From: Octopus sinensis
Taxonomy: Eukaryota
NCBI RefSeq assembly: GCF_006345805.1
Contig: NC_043008.1
Span: 61,504,001 to 61,568,000, forward strand
Length of the DNA: 64,000 nucleotides
Direction of reading: 5' to 3'
In this document: piece by piece, positions 54,560 through 64,000 of the stretch
How the letters are laid out: each line of letters opens with the position of its first letter
How positions within the stretch are numbered: position 1 is the stretch's first letter
Position numbers and translations under genes: made by a program
Notes under the pieces: generated by a model
What the model was told of the DNA's origin: nothing
Database searches by the model: none
Seen by the model: the letters and a program-made list of their open reading frames with translations, nothing else

Positions 54560-54822
54560 CCCTGTCTCGGCCAAGTGCGGGCAAACGCCCAAGCATACCA
54601 GCCTCCCTCCTGCATGCCATGAAAGTTATCCAAGAGGAAGGCAAACACCGATATAGCTTGGGTACGGTAACGCCAAAAGTCGTTTCTACGCTTAGGTGAA
54701 ATGGAACATCGTGAAATAAAGTGTCTTGCTGAAGAACACAACGCACAGCCTGGTCAGCGAAGTGAACTCACTACCTCACGATTGTGAGTCCGATGCTCAA
54801 CCCACTGAGACCTACGCCTTCC
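54560..54822 (-). mobile_element. tRNA-derived SINE, family E
   Basis: CATACCAGCCTCCC..GTTATCCAAG..GTGAAATAAAGTGTCTTGCT..AACTCACTACCTCACGATT..CGCCTTC; second copy at 59190-59451. Confidence 0.7.
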
Positions 54823-54886
54823 TGCTTTCTATATACATATATGTATATACTTACATACATAATACCCACATACATATATGTATGAG

Positions 54887-54997
<111 letters not shown>

Positions 54998-55321
54998 TAG
55001 TGTTGTATATTTATAAATATTGTGTCAAATGTTTGTACAATATATGTAATGTGTATTATATACGCGGATAAGTGTATATATCTATTTATCCGTACATAGA
55101 CATACTTATGCTTACATACACATGTAAAAGACAGGAAACTCTTTAATCTTTGCAATAATAATTTATTTGTTCACCTACCTCTCTGCCCACTCCCCTTGTA
55201 ATTCCAAAGTTTATAGATTTTATCAGTTATTATATATTTTTCCTTTCACCTCATGTTACAGCTATACATAACAGATATACATACACATTTGAACAAGCAT
55301 AAACACCTACGCACAGAATGC

Positions 55322-55376
<55 letters not shown>

Positions 55377-56644
55377 TTATATATGCGCGTGTGTGTGTGT
55401 CTGTGGGTGTGTCAGTGTGTATACAACGTACACACATAGATACCGATAGAGAGTAAGAAGTGAAGTTCAAAAGGGCTGACCAATACTGTCTTAAGAAATA
55501 AATATTCCTGTCTCTTGATGTTATTTTCGTGTCTGACAGCGCTGCTTGTTACGGGTGTTATCAGTGGCAGATGGAAGATTGAGGTTTTCACACACGCTTT
55601 GTATATGTTATCTCAAATTAAATTTACCTACAAAAACTGTGATTGAAAACTAAAATAACTTAAAAAATTATAGATATACAAACAAGAATTTATATATATA
55701 TATATATATTCGTGTACATGTATGTGGGAGCTACACATATCAAAGAGAAGAATAATTGCAAAAAGAAAAAATGACGTGGCAATAAAACTATAATAAATTT
55801 CTTGAACATTACTTTGTTTTCTCAATTTTGCAATAGAATCAATATTGTATAGTAATATCTACCTTGAAATAGCAATAAAAGATAACAATGATATCACCGT
55901 ATATTTATATTTTCAGGTGTCATGAAATGAAAAGGCAGATAGTCATTTTTTTCCAAAATAGATTTTCTATTTATAAGTAAGCTTTATAAACATTTCGAGA
56001 AAAAATTTTATACTTGATATATGAAAATAATCTAATAACTGAAAACTCTTTCTTTCCCGTAAATTTTGTCCCGGTTCATAACCTTTAATTTATATTTCCT
56101 CCCAATAAGATATATTCCAGAAGAAGCTGTACATTGTGAAAGCGTTCATTTATTATTTATGGAGTTTATGAAACGTGACCTCCTTGATAACCTAAACCAA
56201 GTTTCCGTTTCTGTTTTCTTTTTGTTTTTTGATTTTGTCAATAACAAGCATAACAAAGAAAGGAAGCTTCTGTACGTTTTAAATCGTTTATCGTTTAGAA
56301 CCAATATACTAACTCTGTTCACAAGAGTAAACTATTTACTTTTATGTTTTATGTCATATTATTTTATTATTGAGGTTATCCTAATACTAGTAGATAGTAA
56401 ACTTTTGAATTACATTTACCGAAAATTAAAATGAAAGCAATGTTGTGGTTTTCGAAAATATATATGAGTATGTGGGTGTGAGTGACTGTGTCAGTTTGTT
56501 GTAGGAGCATATATCGTACTTATGTATATACATACACCAACACATAAACAAATAAATTATTAGATTTGCTTTTATATGATTTTATTTTCTCATTATAGTC
56601 TTCAAAAGAAATGCAACGCTCATAACATCACGATTTTGTTTTCT

Positions 56645-56720
56645 ACTTTAGGCACAAGGCCCGAAATTTTGCGGGAGGGAGCCAGTCGATTAGAACGACG
56701 CCTGTGCGCAATTGGTACAA
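56645..56720 (-). mobile_element. SINE family A 3' tail fragment
   Basis: TTTAGGCACAAGGCCCGAAATTTTG..CCAGTCGATTAG is the reverse complement of the long tail. Confidence 0.6.
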
Positions 56721-57339
56721 AATATTACAGTATTGATGATATGTATGTAAAAATAGTAAAACAGTATAACAAATTGATACATATCTATTATGTTTTAAAT
56801 CGCCGGTAGATCGGCAACTATCTGGAATAGGTTCCATTATGGAGTGCTACCAATGTGTAAGAAGGAAACTCTGAAATCGGTGCACACAAAACCCTGTTTG
56901 GCTGTGTCCTATTAAGTATCTGAATGATTGGCATTTCGTCACCAACATTGTACGCAATGCGTACCAATGTACTGTTTTTTCTCTCTGAGTCTGACTGCTT
57001 TCCTTACTATAAAATAATCTTGCTCTCTCTGAACTATTCTGAGTATATTTATCCTTTCAAGACCCACTTATTCAAGAGATCTCCGCTTTTACTCACCGTC
57101 AACTCTCTTTCCCATCTTCCAGATAACCCTGTAAGTACTGCGATCAATAGATTCACCGCAAAAAATGTGACGTTTCTGGATATCTTAATATCTCCTCTTT
57201 TATTTAGATGGTATACAAAGACCTCATCAATTACATACGTCCAGAGAGTGTCTCATCAGAAGAGTACTCAAACACAAGCACTATTTCCTATTAAATGGTT
57301 TAATTTCTATGAGTTATTCTTTTATTCTTTTCCCTTTTT

Positions 57340-57737
57340 TAAGTTATTTGACTGAGACCATGTTGTAGCACAGCCTTTAGTCGAACAAATCGACCGCGGG
57401 ATTTAATCTTTGCAAGCCTAGAACATATTCTATCGATGTCGTTTGCCGAACCGCTAAATTTCGTAAACTCACCAACATCGATTATCAAGCGATGGTGGGG
57501 TGACAAATACAGACACACAAATACACGCACATACACACACACGCACACTCACAGACGTACACACACATATACATACGACAAGCTTCTTTCAGTTTCCGTC
57601 TCTAAAATCCACTCACAAGGCTTTAGTCGGCCCGAGGCTATAGTAGAAAACTCCTGCCCAAGATACCACACAGTAGGACTGAGCCAGGAACTATGTGGTT
57701 GGGAAGCAAGCTTCTGACCACATGGCTACACCTGCGT
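57340..57737 (-). mobile_element. SINE family B
   Basis: TTTGACTGAGACCATG..TTTCAGTTTCCGTC..CCGAGGCTATAGTAGAA..ATGTGGTTGGGAAGCAAGC. Confidence 0.8.
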
Positions 57738-58244
57738 CTATAAAACCAGCTGGGCACTAGTGTCGATATAATCGTCTTAACGTCTCTCTCGATCTTGCTA
57801 GCCTTCTGCCAATATATGAAACAAATATCTCCCGTTATCTCAGCGGAAACACGATATAGTGAATAAACCCCAACACATTCGATCTAGTTTCAGCAACACC
57901 CTAGCGGTTCACCAAAGAGACCGATAGAATAGGTGCTAGGCTTACAAAAATAAGTACTGAGTTGCATACATTTTTATTATGCTTTCCGTATTCGTCCCTT
58001 CTAACGTCTAATTGCACTTTTGATTTTTAGAAACCCAATGCTAGACATGGAATTAACTGTGTAAATATATTTGCCATGTTGTTATTCTTATTGTTATTGT
58101 ACTTATATTGTATGTGCAGCCGAAGGTTTCTTCACTCGGAAATGTATTATTCATTTACTAAGCTATTCCAAGTATTTCTGAAACTAGATCGAATTTGCTA
58201 AGGTCCATTCACTAGTTTGTTTTCGTGTTGAGATAACGGGAGAT

Positions 58245-58432
58245 ATTTGTTTCAAGTTTTGGTACAAGGCCAGCAAGTTCGAAAGAGGGGATAAGTCGAT
58301 TACATCGACATCAGTGTTCAGCTGGTACTTATTTTATCGATCTCGAGAAGACGAAAGGCAAAGTCAACCTCGGTGGAATGCTACTGAGTATTTTGAACGA
58401 CGTGCTAACGATTGTGCCAGCTCGCCGCCTTA
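58245..58432 (-). mobile_element. SINE family A, internally deleted copy
   Basis: TTTTGGTACAAGGCCAGC tail..GAAAGGCAAAGTCAACCTCGG..TGCCAGCTCGCCGCCTTA head. Confidence 0.75.
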
Positions 58433-58461
58433 ATCTAAGAGAAAATATTAACATTAATATT

Positions 58462-58690
58462 GTTGTTATTGTTTGTTCCTTCTAAAGCCACGCCTGGCTC
58501 ATAGGGACGGCTTCCCGGTTTCCTTGGCGTATAGTTTCCCCTCATGGACGGGACGCCATTTCCTTCTGCCGGAGCCGCGTGGCGCTAGATATTTCGCTCA
58601 TAAACACACACATCGCTCGATCTGAGATTCGAACCCGTGATCTCTCGACCGCAAGTCCGCTGCTCTAACCACTAGGCCATGTGCCTCCAC
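58462..58690 (-). mobile_element. Mosaic SINE: family C head plus family D 3' body
   Basis: Minus: GTGGAGGCACATGGCCTAGTGGTTAGAGCAGCGGACTTGCGG..CCACGCGGCTCCGGCAG (family C), then TGGCGTCCCGTCC..TATACGCCAAGGAAACCGGGAAGCCG (family D); probable TSD AACAT(T/A)AATATT at 58450-58461 and 58691-58702. Confidence 0.7.
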
Positions 58691-59189
58691 AACATAAATA
58701 TTAATATTAATGAAATACTAGAAGGTTTGACAACATTTATATTGTTTATTATCACCAAAATATAGCTTTTCCAATGCTTTTGTACATGACTAATAGCAGT
58801 ATAGCTAAAACTAATGCTCGCGGCGAAATAACTGCTTGGTTTGTACTCAAAGTTGTTAATTCGTAAATTTGCACAATGTTCACAAGCACCAGATTGACGT
58901 TGACATTATTCACAAATCTATAAGTGTGTAGGGAATGATTTTGAAGAACCAGTCTATTAATAAAGAAACCGACTGGATAATTTTGTTTAGTCAGAATGAT
59001 TCGCAAAAATTAGTGGAAAAGAAAACATCTGTATGTTTAAGATTTATAAAAGTTATTTCGATTAGAGCAGGGTTTCCGCCACCTAAAGTTGACAATTCAG
59101 AAATATAACCACTCATAAAAAATGAGAAAATGAGACCCCCTTCGGTCATGATTGAGTATAGGATTGCACCTAGAAAGTTACCCTCCCAG

Positions 59190-59451
59190 GCACAAGTCTG
59201 GGCAGGGTTGCTTTTATGGAAGACCAGCAGTCGTCCATGCATACCAGCCTCCCCTCTTCACGCAACCAGTGTTATCCAAGGGAAAGTCAAAAGTCGATAC
59301 GGCTTGGCACTTGTGACGTCGCAACTCATTTCAGCTGAGTGAACTTGAGCAACGTTAAATAAAGTCTCTTGCTCAAGAACTCAATACGCAACCCGGTCCG
59401 GGAATCGAACTCACTACCTCACGATCTAACCACTGAGCCATGCGCCTTCAC
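59190..59451 (-). mobile_element. SINE family E
   Basis: Homologous to 54560-54822; GGGAATCGAAC is a B box on the minus strand. Confidence 0.75.
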
Positions 59452-59901
59452 ATAATCAGTCATATGGAAGTGTCACTTGATAAATATTTCAAACGTATAG
59501 GGAACACATTAAGATTGATAATACAGGGTTAAAATGAAGTTGAGTTACTCTTAATAGGACAAGCCCCCATCTATACAATTTTAAAGACATCTAAATTAGT
59601 ACAATGATAATTAATTTGTCCAGGACAAAAATAATGATATTGAATATCAGTTTGTGTATACGATTGTGTAGTATTTATTCCGTTGAAGAGACTTTTAAAT
59701 ACGTGTGATATATAATGTGTCTTGCCTCCAATAAATATAATTTACAGAAATCACGAAGCAAGAAATGACAAATCGTGTAGTAGTTATTATAATGCGCAAT
59801 TCATTATTTCATAATTATCAGAATAAAACCGTGTGCATCACTGCAAAAATTTATGCACAGACAGACACACGTACGCATATATATGTACAAGAATATCTAT
59901 A

Positions 59902-60000
59902 TTCTTTTACTTGTTTCAGTCATATGATTGCGGCCATGCTGTGGCATCACCTTTTAGTCGCAGAAATTGACCCAGGATTTATTCTTTGTAAGCCCGGTAT
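59902..60000 (-). mobile_element. SINE family B 3' fragment
   Basis: CTTTTACTTGTTTCAGTCAT..GCGGCCATGCTG..TTATTCTTTGTAAGCC. Confidence 0.7.
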
Positions 60001-60199
60001 TTCAGCGCAAATATCCACCAGTACCACATGGCAGAGTGAATTGCGTCATTGTGGTGTTTTATCACAGACGGTGCCCAGTGGACCCTACTATATTGTGTAG
60101 TCAACAAAATCAAAAACAAACAATGCGAATACGCAAATTTGAAGATACAAAATGAGGACAATTTACCCATTGCATTCTTTATATATTTTTATTTTATTT

Positions 60200-60560
60200 T
60201 TGCTTCCATTTGTTTATCATTTAACTGCAGCCATGCTGGAGCACCGCCTTTTAGTCGAACAAATCAATTCCAGAACTTATTCTTTGTAAGCGTAGTACTT
60301 ATTCTGTCGGTCTCTTTTGCCGAACCGTAAGTTACGGAAACACAAAACATATACACAAAAGTATGCACACACACAAGCCCCGACACACACGCACGCACAC
60401 ACATTCACACACACACATATACATGACAGGCTTCTTCTACTTTCCGTCTACCAAATCCAATCACAAGGCTTTGTACGACTCGAGGTTATAGTAGAAGACA
60501 CTTGTCCAAGGTGCCACGCGGTGAGACTGAACCCCTAACCATGTGGTTGGTAAGCGCCAA
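60200..60560 (-). mobile_element. SINE family B
   Basis: GCAGCCATGCTGGAGCACCGCC..ACTTGTCCAAGGTGCCACGC..ATGTGGTTGGTAAG. Confidence 0.85.
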
Positions 60561-60645
60561 TTACATATATACATGCATCCACACAGACATATATATGTAC
60601 GTATATATTTCTACACACACAGAGGCACACACACTCTCTCTCACG

Positions 60646-60676
<31 letters not shown>

Positions 60677-60863
60677 CGGTGTATACACACACAAGCGTGC
60701 ATTTAAGTGTTGTGCGGAGTTGTTTCATCAGTCTCCCTTTGGTGTCATTGCCAATTAAATTTCTAATTTCTCCATCAACAACTCTATATGCTTAATTTCT
60801 TGCTTACGACGTATAGTAAAACACACACACGCATCGCTCCACACACTCTTACATATATATTTG

Positions 60864-60927
<64 letters not shown>

Positions 60928-60940
60928 GCACGAATGTATG

Positions 60941-60971
<31 letters not shown>

Positions 60972-61091
60972 TATATATATATAATGTATATATATATATT
61001 TCAACAATTGAGGGCAAAATTAATTAATTATTAATCAATTTCACCAAGTGTTCAGTATGCAAAGGGACCATTCAAGGCGAATTCAAATTAT

Positions 61092-61460
61092 TACATTATA
61101 TAAAAGGGCTTAGTAAAATAAATTACTTTGCCGCATACTGAACTCATTAGAAATAGCAGCTAAAAAACTTTTTTAAAACTATTTCTAATACTTAAAGAAA
61201 ATCTCTCTCATATATAGTGTTTGCTTAATTCAACTCACAAAAGTTTGGGGGTAAGGACATCGAAAAATCACGAACCTTAGCATTTGATTTTTCGATGTCC
61301 TTACCCCCAAACTTTTGTGAGTTGAATTAAGCAAACACTATATATGAGAGAGATTTTCTTTAAGTATTAGAAATAGTTTTAAAAAAGTTTTTTAGCTGCT
61401 ATTTCTAATGAGTTCAGTATGCGGCAAAGTAATTTATTTTACTAAGCCCTTTTATATAAT

Positions 61461-61463
<3 letters not shown>
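61092..61463. repeat. Perfect inverted repeat: 179-bp arms, 14-nt spacer
   Basis: 61092-61270 is the exact reverse complement of 61285-61463 (checked base by base); spacer CGAACCTTAGCATT; (TA)n arrays at ~60860-61000 and ~61462-61610. Confidence 0.97.
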
Positions 61464-61493
<30 letters not shown>

Positions 61494-61528
61494 CATATAT
61501 ATATATATATGTATATATATATAATATA

Positions 61529-61561
<33 letters not shown>

Positions 61562-63243
61562 GTTATATATATATATATATCTATATATATATATATATAT
61601 ATAGATATACATATACATACATATTTAAAACACACAAACTCACAGATATAGTATTTGTAATAATACTTTCATAAATAATAAATAAACGAAAAACCAATGC
61701 ACTGTAATATTTTTCCCTTCAGGTTCATTTAAATTATACATGAGAAAGATTTCTTTTATATCTTTTCTAGCAAATTATTGACGAATAAATTTATTCAGTG
61801 GAAATATTTTCATTTCCACTTGAAGAATTTTCAAGACAGCTTCTTTTTTTTTTTCTTATTTTTCAGGACTTAAAATTGGTGATGTATCAAGCTGATGGAG
61901 AGTAGAGATGAATAAAAATGATGAGAGTGACAAAGGGAGAGAGAAAAAATAAAACTTAGAAGTTATCATAGAAGAATCAGGTTAATTGAAGTAATCAAAA
62001 TCTGTAACTACAGGGGTTGATGTTGCTGGCTTTATTTCTTCAATGTCTTTTTAAAGTTTAATTTGCTCTCCTGATTGAAAGAGTTGGATATTAAACGAAG
62101 AATATTTAAAATATAACACATTAATTAAGAGTAATAAAAGTCATCCAAATTTGACATATTTATTACATTATTATATTATTTCTGTTATTTTATTTTGCGA
62201 TAAGAAGAAATAGTTAAGAAAAGTTCATATAGCTTTCCTTTCCCAGCATAGACCATAGACTGGCGACATTGACGTGGCTTGTAGCCAGGCAGAAGAGCGA
62301 ATTCTGCGTTTCAACGAGGCAGAGGTGATCTAAAATTTATACGCCATGGGAATACTAGTCAGCTATTGAATATTTGAAGCTATGAAATTGTAAAACATAA
62401 AGAAAAAATCTAGTCCTTCTAAGCTATATATGAACAATTAACACGTATAATTTAGTATATTCTTTTTAAATAATTGTTGAATACATGCAAAAATAGAACA
62501 AATATATAGCTCAAATTAAAATGCAATTCTTGTACAATAATTTTTAATTCACTTTTGTTTTCCAGGTGTATGTTATAATGATCGTGTATCCTGATTAGTA
62601 TCTTACAAAATATGAAGTTACACATCGAAAATAATTAATTTTTCTAACAGCAATACGTTCGTGAGATGCAGCATATTTATTGCTTAATTTAGCTGTTTGT
62701 TTCTACTCGGAACTACAGTATGTACACAATAAATTTGATTCCACGGTGAGCAGTGTGCTGTCCAAAGAAATAATCAAGAGAATTAGGTGTAAAAATAATT
62801 AACCTATTCTTAATTCAGTGATCAATAATTTTCAATGTAGAATAGTTTCCTAAAATGATTTAATCTTATAAAAATGTATGCATGATACGCTGCAATTTTC
62901 AATTTTGCCTTCGTGTTCGACTTCTTTCGTATGCCATTGCCTTGCGCATATTCTATGACTTTCCAGCTTAAATACAGATATTTTGGCTTATTTCTACGCA
63001 TGCATTATCACTGGTAAATCCACGTGTGTACTGCACTTTCAAAAAGGCGGCTTGAGATGCCTATCACAGATTACGTTTCAGTGCTAAGCTTTAAATGACT
63101 TGATCTATAATAAGTGTTTCGATTTACGTGTAGTTAGCATTGCAGCGTCCGAATATCGAGTGGAATCCAGAGGGTTATATTTAAGATATTTGCCCGTTAG
63201 TATATCCTTCCAACTATTGGAAATTTTTTCTCCCTCTATAAAA

Positions 63244-63249
<6 letters not shown>

Positions 63250-63322
<73 letters not shown>
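63250..63322. repeat. (TA)n microsatellite
   Basis: Direct inspection. Comparable (TA)n arrays also at ~5845, 28148, 32000, 35695, 52990, 54885 and 55305. Confidence 0.95.
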
Positions 63323-63326
<4 letters not shown>

Positions 63327-64000
63327 CACACACTCGATATAAGATAAATCAATGTAATATAACGTCCGTTAGTTATTTCAATTATATACATGGAGAATTA
63401 TTTCAATTATTTTCATAGTATATATTCGCCAAATAAAATATTTCATTGAACATATTTTTCTTTCCACAACGATAGAATTGTACATGTATGAGTTAATACG
63501 CTTTGTATATTTAAGACTTAAGTGAAATCTTTTCTTTTTTAAACCTGTTTTCGAAACCAAGTGAAGTGGTCGTAAGGCTAGCGTAGTGGGATGGTAGTGA
63601 CCAAACCAGGAGGACTGCCACAATGAGATGAAAGAAATATAAATCTAAAGTTATGTAGGAATTTTTGTAAACATGCATCATACTCCTCTATAGAGTAGCT
63701 ACATTCCATTTACCGAAAACAATTTAACCGGGTAAAGGATAACAACATTAGTTGCAAACCTAAATTTTATTAAATTTTCCTTATCAACATCAACAAAAAT
63801 GGGTGTATCACTGATAATGCAATAACTGAGCGATGAAGATCGATCTAAAAGAGACAACCTCATGCTACACATGTAATTTAGTAGGGGTTGTTGTTCAGTA
63901 AACTAATACCTTGAAACCTTAAATTTATTATGAATAAGATATGCATATCCAGAACAAGTTCAATTTTTTACCCTGAATGGAAAGAATATGTGTAAAATAG

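Noticed and set aside
56840-57300. Possible Penelope RT remnant (RFTAKNVTFLDILI..YTK..YVQRVSH)
   Set aside because: Only a loose FLD..YTK resemblance and no recognisable YVDD motif; needs a profile search.
61035-61082. Possible hammerhead just outside the palindrome (minus: CTTGAAT-GGT..ACT-GAA-CAC-TTG-GTG)
   Set aside because: The core and the cleavage-site U are not conserved; too degenerate to call.
61201-61210. ATCTCTCTCA in the palindrome arm matches the start of the PacBio SMRTbell adapter
   Set aside because: Only 10 nt, located mid-arm rather than at the loop, and the rest of the adapter is absent. An artefactual origin of the palindrome still needs read-level checking.

Overview
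Eukaryotic, AT-rich and extremely microsatellite-rich DNA that looks like octopus (coleoid cephalopod) intronic or intergenic sequence. The organism is inferred from the tRNA-derived SINE families and the repeat landscape, not from a gene. I cannot support any intact host protein-coding gene; most ORFs in the supplied track are microsatellite or low-complexity artefacts. The window holds about 25 SINE copies from about 5 tRNA-headed families (labelled A-E here), decayed LINEs (L1/Tx1, CR1, three RTE-type 3' ends, five R4/Dong-type pieces at 38-44.5 kb mostly inside (TAA)n arrays), a Penelope-like element remnant (RT N-terminus plus GIY-YIG) and four mariner remnants. Most interesting: (1) short non-coding modules with minimal hammerhead-ribozyme motifs next to (TA)n tracts, one of which splits the internal (TA)n of a SINE; (2) a perfect 179-bp-arm palindrome at 61092-61463 between (TA)n arrays; (3) a mariner made of two inverted 5' ends; (4) a SINE with a variable number of 184-bp units and two alternative 3' ends. 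All sequence comparisons were done by eye.
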